Origin: Lingula anatina
Taxonomy: Eukaryota > Animalia > Brachiopoda
DNA: 64,000 bases
Assembly: GCA_051362555.1 (NCBI GenBank)
Contig: CM120646.1
Span: forward strand, 13,950,001 to 14,014,000
Reading direction: 5' to 3'
Shown: positions 15,701 to 28,390 of the stretch, in pieces
Position numbering within the stretch: the first letter of the stretch is position 1
Layout of the letters: each line of letters begins with the position of its first letter
The notes under the pieces: model-generated
Told to the model about the DNA's origin: nothing
The model's database searches: none
What the model saw: the letters and a program-made list of their open reading frames with translations, nothing else
Program-made: the position numbers and the translations under genes

Positions 15701-18700
15701 TACTGTAAATACAGGGCATTGGAGTGACGAGAACTGTGGCGAAGCACTGAGCTACATATGTAAGAAACACAAAGACAGCAGTACAACGGCCACACCCACC
15801 CCAACACCAGTCATACATGGTCAATGCCCAGTTGGATTCCATGGGATCGGTAAGTGACCAGTATTTGGTTACGACACTGAAAGCAGATTTCATGAATTGT
15901 TATTCAAACATTAGTTTGAGACTTTTTTTCTTTTGCTGTAATAAACCGATTAATAAATAAATTTGTATTAAACAACAATTTTAGGTTTAAAATTATTTAT
16001 ATAGAATTACACTAGATTCTACATATTCCAGGAAACAAGTGTTACTTGATCCAAGGAGATGGCACTGACGTCAGCACGTTAAAGAACTGGACGGAGGCGA
16101 TAGACGCATGCGCAACACTGAATAGTAAATACACACTGGCTAGCATTACAAACCCATTAGAGGAAGGTAATCTGTCGATTTTGTTTCTTTTTTGTAAACA
16201 TTATTCGTATAAATTTGAGCGTAAACATTTAATTAACAGTTCATTATATATCTTGTTTAAATAATAATAATAAATGATTTTCAAAATCGGTATGAAATGG
16301 TTATGGCGTTGTTAATGAATCCATATGCTGCGTACAGTATTACATAACATTTTGCTATTCTTTATATATTTATGTGTCAATTAACTGTTGTCTAATTGAG
16401 TTTTATTGTAAAATGGATATATACACGCTCTCATCATCGGAATGCATTACACGGTCCATCCTTCAACTTCGACTACAGTGACCTGCCTTCTTTAAAACAA
16501 TCTCTATTTCAGCACTAGTGACGACCCTTCTGAAAGGGAAAACAGTGGATTTTTGGCTTGGAATCAGCATGTTTTGGGTAGGCACGAGGCACAGGATGAG
16601 GAAATTTCAATGGACTGACAATACAAAAGTTGACTTCCTGTACTGGGACCACGGAGAACCCAATGGCCAGTCATATGGAGCTGATATGGTATGTATGACA
16701 TGTAACTGTTAAATACTATGTCAATCAACTTGATGATTGTAGATGTTCAAGTATGTAAAAAAAATGTCGTAATATTGACATTGCATAAAAAGCCTGTGGA
16801 GTGTTAATTTATTTCATTTGATTTTATTTCAGTTGTTTATTTTTGCCTTCAATAGCATACAGTGGTAAAATTTAAACCTTATAGATATAAAATAAGTTAT
16901 ATATTTATAAAATATATTTGTTGTTAGGAGCTTGTTTTTCTTTTACTTATTATGATCAATTTTCAGGAAAATTGTGTCAGTATAAGCACTAAGACATTGT
17001 CGGTTGGGCATTGGCAAGATAGAAAGTGTGCGATAAGGATGGGATATGTGTGCCAAGCTTGGAAAGGTGCAAATTGTTATGTTATTTACAATATTAATTT
17101 TACATTACAATCGTTTCACATGTGGAAATCAATAAATCATACTGTATTATAGCCAAAAGGCAGTCTTTTAAACTGGTTAACAGTGAAATAATTTAAATCT
17201 ACATACTGGGTATTATGGGTTATAAATCTACAGACTACAAAATATATTATAATCCTTATTTGTTTCTTATATTAATGAAATAAACAATGATGATAAAGAC
17301 AAAGACATGTTTTTCTCCTCTAAAAATATTTAACTACTATTTTGCGTATTGTAAGCATTAATTAATGCCTTTCAAATTAACATTATTAATAACATATAAT
17401 AACATTATTATCGTTGTTGTTGTTGATGTTGTTGTTTTCTTCTTTTTCTTGTTTATTATTATTATTGTTGTTGTTCTACTTCTTATTCTTCTCCCCCCCT
17501 CCTGTTTATTTTTATATATGAATTTCTTACAAATATAAATAATATCTCTTGCAAATATTAAAAAGTAGTTTTATTTACAAGACCCTACCTTGACCACCCA
17601 AGCACCAACACAGGCCACTACATCTTGTCCCCTCGGCTACTTATCCTTTGGGGACGCCTGCTACCAAATGACGTCACCTATGACGTGGGAAGTAGCCAAA
17701 GTCACGTGTGAGAGACAACAAGATACGCTGGTGTCTATAATGGATGGATATGAACAGGCATTTCTCATGCTGGTAACGCAGCAGCCCCCACAGCCCATTT
17801 GGCTGGGTATTTACAGGAATGGGGTAATGAAAATTAGCTAACGTATATAAGTCGAGTCTTGAATGATTCTATATTAAAGTGATTGCGTAACATGTCATGT
17901 TGGCCGAGTTTCAATCAAACATGGCTTCGGATGAAGAACAGAGAGAACTTTCTTGCAGTTAACAGTGGTTTTTGTATGTATTTATAATACAATTAACTGA
18001 TGTCACGACAAAAACAATTGCCCCTTGCACCTACTGTACCCTAATCCCTCATATGGACAAGGGTCCAATACCGACTGTTCAAATAACCCCACATTTTCTT
18101 AATCCATCACCTTCTCTCCTGTTTTTTATTTCACAGTCCACATACCAATGGGTAGATGGCTGGCCAGCGGATTATCTCAATTGGGCATCAATAGCGCCCA
18201 TAGGCATAGATCCATCAAAATGCATCGCTCTTATGCCAGGAGGCCGTTGGAATGATATGCCGTGTACAGCTAACCTGCCATCAGTATGCAAAAGAACATC
18301 GGGTACTAATGTTATTATTGCATGTGCAATGTATATAATTGTTATAGTCCATTGCATGTGCAATATACATCATATCAATAATAATGATGATGCTTATTAT
18401 CATAATAACAATAACAATAGTAGTAATAACAAAGTAGGAACCATACTCCGATATTCAAATTCTCTTTTAGACCAAACTAGTTGCTATTGTACTCAAATAT
18501 TTTGATTACATTTAATCATTTATATCAGATATCTATAATAATTGACTTATACTGTCACACTGATATTACATGTATGTCATTATGATATTTTCGCAATATA
18601 TGCATTTTTAAAAGACGAAAGGTAAAATGTTAAAGACTTAATAATATGAGCATTATATATCTATTTGTTAATTTATATTTCAGCCTCACCTCCCGCTATT

Positions 18701-19521
18701 ATTCCTGAACCTAAAAACACAGGGCAGTGTCCGAGTGGCAACTCATGGCGTCCATACGGCCACCACTGCTATCAATTTAACCAACAATTCAAGAGGTGGG
18801 GCCAAGCGAACTTTCATTGTTATAAACAAGGCGGGACGCTAGCATCTATAACAAGTCAGGGCATTATGAGATTCATTGTAAAGACTCTCCGAGAGATGAA
18901 ATCTAGACAGAGTAGAAAGTATTATATTGGGTTGGTTAGGAAATTTGGAGGTAGGATATTGTTTAGTTACAGAGGCTGGTTTCGTAAATTCCACACAATC
19001 GCCGCATTCAAAAGTGTAACATGTAAGGTGATGAGAGAAGTATTGTACCTTGTCTTCCCAAAATTTCATTGGTCGGATTTATTATATATATTTCATATGA
19101 ATGGCTAGTAATAAAAGTTAGCATGGTTATGTCTTCATATTCAGTATCAAAATAGACAAATATTCAACTGATGTGAGCAAGTAGAAAATATTGTCATAGA
19201 ACTTTTGCAATGCGCTTATTTTCAGGATCATTTGGTTGGGAAGATGGTTCACTTGTCAATTATTTGAATTGGGAGGAAATGGAGCCTTCTAATAACACTG
19301 AGAAAAACTGTGCTACCATACACCCAGGAAATGGAGGGTGGCAGGCCGCTAATTGTTTATATTTCCATAACTTTATTTGTAAAATAGCAAAAAGTAAGTA
19401 GACATAGTCTAAAGTTTTTTGTTTTGTTTTTTACCAAGATGTTTTTGATAGAACCAATTTGTAAAAACTCCTATATTTAGATGCTATATATACTTATGTC
19501 TAAAGCTCTCTCTCTGTCTCC

Positions 19522-19560
<39 letters not shown>

Positions 19561-22500
19561 AGAGTTCTAGTTTGGCTATGTTTTGTATGTATATGTAGCA
19601 CGTGTATACCTGTCGGTTTGTCCGTCTCCTCATCCTCCAGCCCGACGGGCCATTCCTTCACATGTGTGTGCACATTGCCAGTGTTTCAAAAAGGACAGGG
19701 ACATTCCGCCTAAGGTGTACAGACATTGCAGTTTGTGATTGTGCTATTTTCATACGTTAAATCTGATCCATCACGTATGTGAAGACTTGCTTTCAAGGAA
19801 TTAAATGCATTATCAGTTCCAGTGCCAACCACACCAGGTCCTGCGTGCAGAGAAGATTGGTTCCAAAGAGACAATATGTGCTACAAGGTAACGTTTGTCT
19901 TAAAAACAAAAGGGGCGTTTTACAATAAATAAATAAATAAATAAATAAATAAATTAGTAAATAGATAAATGAATAAAAGTAAATTGCAAAATAAATCAAC
20001 TTTGTATAATTTTGCAATGAACAAAATATGTACCGTATAAACTTTGTTGAACTCCTTTTGACCATTTAAGGCGTTTTTTAAAACGGGCGTACACAAGGAG
20101 ACGTGGGAAAACGCCCGTCTCTTCTGTCAGTCAGAAGGGGGAAATCTGGCAAGTTTTCACAGCTCAGAGGAAATAGATTGGTTCATGGGTCGATTAAAAA
20201 GTACTGACAGGTATACTTAAAATGAGATATTTCTATTACATTTTGCAAAAAGATTATTTTTAATGTTCAACATATTACCATATGACAAAGGTTATTTTGC
20301 CCTTTCATTTTGTGAATAGTTGTAGGTAATGTAACGGGTACTTAGAATAAATATATCCACAAACATCTTATAATATAAGAGTGAAATCTGTAACTTTAGT
20401 TTTTTTTCCTGGTGTGCGCATTTTAAAATATCTCAAAGTTAACCTGGAGTCGTTTTTCTCTGTCCTAGATATTCACTGAACACGAGGTCACTTTGGATTG
20501 GATTGCATCTGGCAGCAAATGCAACAGGTGAGTTTGGAAGCAAATTGTCCTTATTTTCTTTAGGCACATTCCTTTTAACATAATTAGAAACCCCTGTCAC
20601 CATCAGTGAACCAAATCATTTATAAATATAACCTGTATTTAGATATCAGTAAAACAGTATCGGTTGATGTTGTTATATATAAATATAACGCAATGTTAAA
20701 TTCACAAATAATGCTGTTAACTTACTAGTCGCAATTAATGACAATGTTTAGATAATTAATAGTTCTTTGCATGGATTCCGGTATCTTGGTTGTTGTGATT
20801 TTATCGTATAGATGGCGCCAACCATACCTGGTCTGACGGCACAGCAAACACGTACGCCCCCTGGGGACTAGGCGAACCTGACAACCACAACGGCAGAGAA
20901 ATGTGTGTTAGCCTCTTCAAGACGAAGGGGACTTTCAGAGATGATAACTGTGCAGCTGCCAAAGGCTGGATATGTAAAACATCGGTTACTGCAACTCCTA
21001 TGCCAAGCACAATAACGACGCCAATTCAAGGTAAATTGAAAAAAAGGCAAAAACGTCAAAAGTTTCTAGGTTTTGCTAACCGATATCGGTGCAGTGTGTT
21101 TGTATCATTCACCTAGAAGATTAGCCGGCGGTATATTTAACTGAAATGTGATGTTGCACCTTGTAGTGTTGCGATGATGATTACTAAAGAGAGCGATTTT
21201 TGTGTGTGGTTCTCTTTTGTCAACCATGAAACTTGGTGCATATTGGCCTAACTGAGCTTTATTGTCTCATTTAAGTAGCTAAATTCCATGTTGTAAATAC
21301 TATGTTCATGTTTCCATGTGTCTTTATTTTTTCATAATTTTAGTATGGGTATTTGTGTTACAATAGTATTAGTACAAAGAACGGAGTGTTTATTTACGCA
21401 GTTATGTTTCAATCCAGGCGTGGGTAATTGTGGTGAAACCTGGAACTCTTTCGGCGAACACTGTTACTATGTTAGTGAGGATAGCAGTTGGACATTAACA
21501 CCTAAAAAGTCTTGGTTCAAGGCACGCCAGTGGTGCCTGGAGAACGCTGGCGATCTTCTTAGTATACAGACTACCGGTGAGGAGGATTTTGTAACAACAT
21601 TGGTCAGCAAGACACAATACACCAAGTTTTGGATCGGTGCAAACTCGTTTGACCTTCAGGGATACAGGCAAGTTTAATTGTGATACGACAGTTCATTAAA
21701 TGCCAGTTTCATATATGTAAATAACTGATATATCCTAGAGTCTATGATATTTCTGTAGTTTTGAGCAACCACCATTCCATTGGTGTAGATACTGTTCCTG
21801 GTATTTTGAATTGATTCAATATGGCAGAACCCAATGTATTTTGCATGGTTTTAATGCTTTTCTATATTTTAGATAATATTTCTAAACAAAATTCATTTTT
21901 ATGAAGAAAGGAAGAAAAAATTCAAGACTTAAAGCATTGAGTAAACGCACAATATATATATATATATACGGGTCTCATATCTTTATAGAAAATAAGAAAC
22001 TTATATTTCAAACCATCAAGGTCCACACAAATGTGCAAACTCCCAACTGTAAAGTTTCTGTAAAATATCTTTGACAGATGGGCCGACGGCTCTCCAATGA
22101 TCTACATTAATTGGGCCAAAGGAGAGCCAAACTCTGTTCACGGGAGCGAGAGATGTGTGAATATCCACTCAGGGAAGGATAACGTCATTCCAGGTACGAA
22201 TACCAGTACGAATTGTTTTGCTAGTCAAATGTGTGATGCAGCGCAAAGACTTAAACTTTTTTGTGCATATGGCTTTCATGCAATTTCCAAAATTATTGTA
22301 AACGCACAGTGTGTTTCATACGTCTAACTCTCTAACTCTCTCTCTCTCTCTCTCTCTCTCCATTTCACATATCATAATAATATGTTCTGTTCTCCAGGGA
22401 CGTTCAATGACGACAACTGTGCCGATAAGATGCCGTTCATATGTAAGAAACACCAGTCAAGTAAGACAACTGGAACAATGGCTACGACGCCCCCCATAAG

Positions 22501-25500
22501 CGGTTACTGTCCTAGAGGATTTCACGGCGTTGGTATGTATAAGATCGAAATGAAGCGCAACTGGGAGGCTTCATCCTTTTCTGTTATCATATTTAAATAA
22601 TATTTCTTATGTTACAGCATGTTATCATTTCCCCTCTTAACACAGTTTGCGTCAGTTGAAACAGCTGGTATGATGTGCCAATCTCTAGTTATGAATCAAA
22701 ATGAAAGTCTTTAGATTGCAGTTTTTGTCTTTCGTCCTCATGGAAGCCAACGACTAATTTTTCAGTGACCCGTATCTGACAAGCATCAAAATAAACCATG
22801 CACCTTTTTATTGTTCAGGGTTAAAAAACTGTTTTTTTAGTCCCCTTCACAGTTACTAGTCTGTTTGGGAACGACGGCGGGCAGGGCTGTCGCACATGTC
22901 ACACGCGTCAATGTGCAAAATATACGGTTTAAGTTAATTATCTGAATATCATTTGTCATGTTGCACGAAGATTTAAATTTGAATTTGTCTATTTATAGTC
23001 TTGTTATACTCTTTAAACAGGTAATAGGTGTTATAAGTTTTTCGGAAAGGTGGATTCAGAAAGAAAGACATGGGAGGGTGCGGCAGCCGCGTGTTCGGCC
23101 TTGGGTAAAGAATATAGTTTGGCATCCATTACGAACCCTCTGGAACAAGGTAAGGTATAGGCCATAAAAGGGTGATCCAACGTTGTTGTTTTTGAATAGA
23201 TCAAAAATAGCTTATTCTGCTACGCACGCAGAAAATACAAGATTTTCCTTGGGGGTGGGGGGTACACAAGGATAAAAAATGTCACTAGTTGCATTCTGTT
23301 ATTCTTATATTTTATGAATGCGTTCTCAGTGTGGTTAAATGCTTCTCTTTAAAATCTATGCACTCTCTTTGAATTAGAGTGGACGGTTTTCAATAGAATA
23401 ACAAAACAAGTTTAACATTGTATTAGCAAAATAAACATGATTTTGTAAATATAACATTGCAAATGACAGGGTTCGTAACCAGTTATTTGCAAGACACCGA
23501 TGTTGACCTCTGGATAGGCTTGAGTTCTACTTTCGACTATATTTATGCCCGCCGCCATGTTTTCCGTTGGCTGACCAACGAGGAAGTGAGCTTTGTGAAC
23601 TGGGACGTTAGGAGTCCCACGTTAGGACAAGTAAGTATGTCGTATTGGGAATGGGCTAGTTGTTAATGAAAGCGATCATTGCTCATATAAGTTCGTGTTC
23701 AGGGTGTCAGTATCGGTTGAAGGAATTAGGTGTTTATGAAGCAGTACAAAAGTGTAGTTTTTAGTTTGCTTCTTGTATTTGAGAGTCAGTGCTTGCTGCT
23801 TGCACGTTGTCAGTGCCCAATACATTATACAGGTAAGTAGATCTGCACTACACATACCCTACTTAAAAAATAATGGTGAAAGGAGCGTTACATGAAATGC
23901 AAGAATGTGTGAATGATGTCTAAAAATGTTACATTGTGATACTGCTTTTGTCAGTGAACATGGGTTTTAAAGTGCTTTTACGCATGTTTTTTTTACCTTA
24001 AAACAGAAACATGTCTGTCTCTGCCCTGCCTTGTAACTCTTTGAACAGACATGGGAAGACGTTGAATCTTAATTGTGTTTTTTGCTCGTATTGCTTTTTC
24101 CATTTTAGTCAAATGATAGAGAATGCGTTAAAGTCAGAAATACTAAGAGAAGTCTGGGAAGATGGGTTGACGTAGAGTGTTCTCAGGTTAATGGCTACAT
24201 ATGCCAAACCTGGAAAGGTAGTCTTTTTTGTTTAACTTTTGATAATTTTATATGAATATATATATTTCAATTTTTAATCTGAAAGTCAGTACGCGTTGGA
24301 TGAAATTTCTGCACGAGAAGGACGTTTAAAGATAACATATGACATATCGCATTTTCGTTTGAGATAAAAATGATACATGTAAAGTCATTGGGATTCTGTG
24401 ATATTCAAGTTTTACACTTAATTATTTCACTTGGTGTACGGCGATCCACAATCAAGACAAAATAAGAAACTAAATACAAGTATTGTCATTGTTTGTAATT
24501 TGGCAGAACTCTGTGTACCTCCTATATGAAGTCACGTGTTAATTCGGCCAATCAAAACATTTTTATTTAGATTCCCGTATCAGTACTCCGTGGACACCAG
24601 CGGTTTCAACCTCGGGTGCCTGTAAGTCTGGTTACACGACTTACAATGGTCAGGCATGCTATAAACTATACATGGAAGCTGTTAGCTGGGAACAAGCACG
24701 GGACCAATGCACGGACGATGGGACTTTGTTGGCATTTGTACCAGATCACCGCACGGAGGCCAATATTCAGTTAATAATGGCAGAGGCGTCTGGCCAACCT
24801 GCTTGGATTGGTTTAAAGGATATGGGTCAGGTAAATTATTTTGAATTGATGCGCATATTCCATGTTTTCCACTAAAATGATATACAACCAAACTTGATTA
24901 TTTTCAATCATCGTCCTGGCAATTATTTCAGCAATATGTGCACCAACCCGTAAAAAAACTCACTATTACCATGTAGCATACATGTGTATATAGGCCCCCT
25001 ATCATATTTCTTATAATGTGAATGGTATTATTTTGACAAATAATTGCAAGTATTCTATATAAACAATTTGTCCCACCTGTGAATTTTAGAAAAACTTTAG
25101 TTGGGTAAACGAATGGCCTCTGACCTATACGAACTGGGATCAAGGACAACCAAAAGCAGCAGGCCAATGTGGTGTGATAACTCCCAACGCCAAATGGAGG
25201 TCTTCAGACTGTAATGATAGATATCTTTTTGTCTGTATGTCAACGGAGGGTAAGTAATGTTCTTGCAAATTTAAGTGACTATCGGATAGAATACGATTAA
25301 CATAGACATTTATAAATTTAGGTTGAGAACTGGATACTGTTCTGTTTCCCTGTTGCGTTTGTTTCAACCAAGGAGACACTTTCTCCTCATCACATTCACA
25401 CGTACATTTACTTCATTTTTGACTGTTTCGCCTTATTACATTTGAAACTTGATAACCCATTTTTCTCTTTATTTCTAGCCAAACCCCCAACCACCACGGT

Positions 25501-27220
25501 GCCATTGCCTGGGTGGTGTCCTGAAGGAAACGGGTGGATTGAGTACGGCGCTTCCTGTTTCTTTTACGATGCGCATGCGTATGAGACTTGGGCGGGCGCT
25601 AAATTTGAATGCTACAAGCGTGGAGGACAACTTGCATCTTTCGCAAATCAAGATGAGGTGGATTTTATTCTTGGTTTAACGAAAAGTGAGAGCACTTACA
25701 GAAACTTGTGGATTGGTCTTATTCGAAGATTTCAAGGTGTGTTTTGATTATTGCAAAAATTACTATTTTACTTGTCTACGTGATAAAATGAAATAAAAGT
25801 AATTATAACAGTGAACTTATCAATTATTATTATTATATGTTGTCATGTACATTGTACATGTAGTACCTAGGCATTCATCTCTTCTGAAAAACTAGATAAT
25901 AATTATATTTATTTTTCAGTTGGAATTATTATACAAGTAAATTATTAGCATACACTTTGTCATAGAATTATCATACTGAACAAGATATTGAACATTCATT
26001 TTTTGAAAAAAAAATTTTTTTCTACAAAATCTGAACTTTTTATTCGCACCTCGTCCACACTTTCATAAAAAACCAACGTTATTAAAAAATTATCCTTCCA
26101 GATGAGTTTGTTTGGGTTGATGGGACACCTTTTGATTTCACGAACTGGTCACCTGGACAACCACGTGACCAAGGAAGAAGCGAGGACTGCGTGGAGTTCA
26201 AGGTCACGACCGGTGAATGGGATGACATCGTTTGTAACCGTGGTTTAGGATTTATATGCAAAACTCCAAAGAGTAAGAACTGAAACATGCTAATTAATTT
26301 CAATTTCCATAATCTTGCTCCTTTCTTCAAGTTTGAGAAACGCCACGGTTAAATCGAAGAGATACAAAAAAATATTATCATTTTTTCAACAGCAAACTTA
26401 AATCGTCTGATACGATCATTCGTAAGTTCACAATTTTTTCGTTTTCACTATCATCGGTTCATTTACCTTTATGAAAGATATAAATCATCGGTCATCTCCC
26501 CTGTGACACAGCTGTATCAAAAGTCAAAAAGAAAAAAATATTAACTGATGCTGTTTCCATATACGATTCACAGTTAGGCCAACAGCATCCGTATCAATCA
26601 ACGAAACATCACCATTGCCAACGGAATCAGGAAATCCCACGGTATCACCAGAGACCAACAAGCAGACAGAGGCACAAATGGGTAAAATTATTTTTTTTTC
26701 CAACCCTATTTGAATTCTACAGCCTTCTCGTTATCTGAACTAGCACTGACACGTAGTAATACTTTAGGTCAAAATGCTGAGCATTGTGTGTGTGTGTGTT
26801 TTTTTTTGTGCTTCTTATGCTTTACCTGTTTTACAGTAATAATTTAACTGCATTTGGGCGTGTCACTTCATCTCAGTTTAGTATTCGTTATAACGAAGCA
26901 TCAAACCTACTCAGACTTAGTTGACACTGTCAAATGCAAAAGCAAATGTATATCTGCACCTTTCAAATGATTTTTTTTTTCAATATTGCACCACAGGACT
27001 ACCAGTGAATGGAGGGACTGTTGCAGTAATAGTTCTATGTCTGGTCATCGCTTGCCTACTCGCCATCATAGGGTTCACTGTATTTAGACGGCGTCAAGTG
27101 TCCATTGCTTTGGCGTCCTTCAACAAAGAAACTGGAGACACTGTGGCATTTTCATATGCAGATAACAAAGATACTGAGCTTTTTGAAATACCATTCAATG
27201 ACGAAAATGAACGTTTGTAA
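181..27220 (+). CDS. Gene A: macrophage mannose receptor-like type I membrane protein with 17 CTLDs (5' end outside window), over 50 exons
   Basis: AG/GT-bounded exons that I could join in frame into CTLDs (C..W....CY, WIGL, W.DG...NW...EP, W.D..C...YIC). Approx. exons: 181-318, 642-796, 1613-1703, 2432-2561, 2739-2845, 3045-3160, 3454-3583, 4069-4151, 4256-4381, 4647-4748, 5143-5303, 5673-5750, 6089-6242, 7593-7628, 8141-8311, 8527-8645, 9067-9177, 9507-9551, 9935-10113, 10465-10628, 10899-11009, 11392-11507, 11813-11968, 12186-12391, 12613-12739, 13087-13310, 13728-13772, 14138-14322, 14498-14562, 15212-15312, 15715-15849, 16032-16166, 16512-16688, 16967-17066, 17582-17823, 18137-18302, 18684-18950, 19227-19393, 19822-19887, 20071-20210, 20469-20527, 20812-21030, 21418-21667, 22078-22193, 22399-22532, 23001-23149, 23470-23630, 24109-24217, 24571-24830, 25090-25250, 25479-25737, 26102-26272, 26574-26681, 26997-27220. 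MRC1-like, but orthology is not established. Confidence 0.9.
1002..1190. mobile_element. MITE-like element with about 60-bp imperfect TIRs
   Basis: AACGACTCGCGCCACGAATTAAGAATCCCAAGATAAAATTAGTAGTCACGAG pairs with CTCGTGGCTACTAATTTTACTTTGGGATGCTTAATTCGTAGGACAAGTCGTT. Confidence 0.65.
2217..2256. repeat. (TA)n microsatellite
   Basis: Direct observation. Confidence 0.95.
6851..6928. repeat. Imperfect hairpin, probable remnant of a non-autonomous DNA element
   Basis: AATACGCTGTCAC..GCGATTTATGC pairs with GCATATATCGC..GTGACAGTGTATT. Lies in a GC-richer stretch of a long intron. Confidence 0.45.
9665..9711. repeat. (ATC)n(ATT)n microsatellite
   Basis: Direct observation. Confidence 0.9.
13566..13663. 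mobile_element. About 100-bp MITE
   Basis: TIRs CCCAGCAGACAAACGACATTGATTC / GAATCAATGTCGTTTGCCTGCTGGG, with internal GTTGAATCAAC repeats. Confidence 0.75.
19505..19561. repeat. (CT)n(CA)n compound microsatellite
   Basis: Direct observation. Confidence 0.9.
26997..27220 (+). CDS. Gene A terminal exon: transmembrane helix and acidic cytoplasmic tail
   Basis: GLPVNGGTVAVIVLCLVIACLLAIIGFTVF-RRRQ...FSYADNKDTELFEIPFNDENERL*: hydrophobic run then an Arg cluster. Preceded by an S/T/P-rich stalk exon at 26574-26681. Confidence 0.88.
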
Positions 27221-28335
27221 AATGAAAACTCATTGCCAACCTGGGACCCAATTAGGAAATAAGCCAAACGTGTTTAACCTGGTACTTGTTAGCGTTAACA
27301 AACGGGCGTTCTACTATTTCTGTTACATCGCGTGATAATATTTTCTCAAAATTGGGAATAATTTCAAGTGGCCAATATGACACCCAGATCTGATCAGTAT
27401 ATAGGAAGTAGCAAGAACATTTGCTGGACGGGTAAAAACCATATTTAGGAGGAAGGTCACCTGTTATCCTCGACCTGTGACCAGCCATATTTATTTTTTC
27501 CCTTACCCATTAAATGCCCTTTGCCTACCATTACTCCAAAGTCACTGCATAGCAATTGCCCTTGAAGGGTGATATTGTATTTTTATTATTACTGTGGTTT
27601 GAAGTCCACTTTTTTTCCTGTGAACTGTGATCTTCGGTTTTATTCTCGTGTTCCTGTTACGTAGGCCAATTCTGTAAGTGTCATTGGTACATAATGTTCA
27701 TTGCATGTACACACGTGAAGTGTGTTTATTAAAACTTTTACAGTTTGGAGGATGAAATAAAGTTGCTGTAAAATATACCTAACGAATTTTATTTTATATT
27801 CTACTGTATGCCAGCTGTACGTTGACGCTATTGTTAAAGAAGAGAGATAATACAACCTGGGTAGGGTACCTTGACGCACTGATGCTATACTCATCATGAT
27901 AGACTTCAACAAGCCTGTGTAATAAGATTGATGAGGCAGAATATATCATTTATCTGTCATATATTGATTCGCAGCTGGGTGTAGATTATAAATGAGTCAT
28001 GAAGCTGAAACAATCCAATCATGAACAAACTGTGATTTTCACACATTTATCGGCAGGGGTTATCGAAGCTCTTTTGTAAATCGATTAGTATCGAAGCTAT
28101 TGCCCTCCAAGGTGGAGGGGTTATCCGAATATTCGATAAGACGAGATACTGTCTTGCTGCAGTTCGTCTCATTTGACCACAACTTTTGTAAATATATGTA
28201 TCAATACACCACATCATGTGTGTCAGAAACAATGACTAATATCGGTACAGTTGCAGCCAAAACCTATGCGCTATCTGCAAGATGCACGTGATCCAGATCA
28301 TCTAGGCGTTTCATACTCAACTGAAGACAGCAGTG

Positions 28336-28390
28336 ATGGGGTTCCGCACAGTAGTTTTATTTTCCTGTTTGATATTTAAACTGCCTTCTG
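28336..28390 (+). CDS. Gene B first coding exon (signal peptide)
   Basis: ATG at 28336 reads MGFRTVVLFSCLIFKLPS, followed by a G|GTAAGT donor. Joins phase 1 to VLG-QLCPDGW at 28862. Confidence 0.8.

Noticed and set aside
27985-28295. TATAAA, AP-1 (TGAGTCA) and E-box (CACGTG) motifs upstream of gene B
   Set aside because: Short motifs are expected by chance in AT-rich DNA and the transcription start is unknown.
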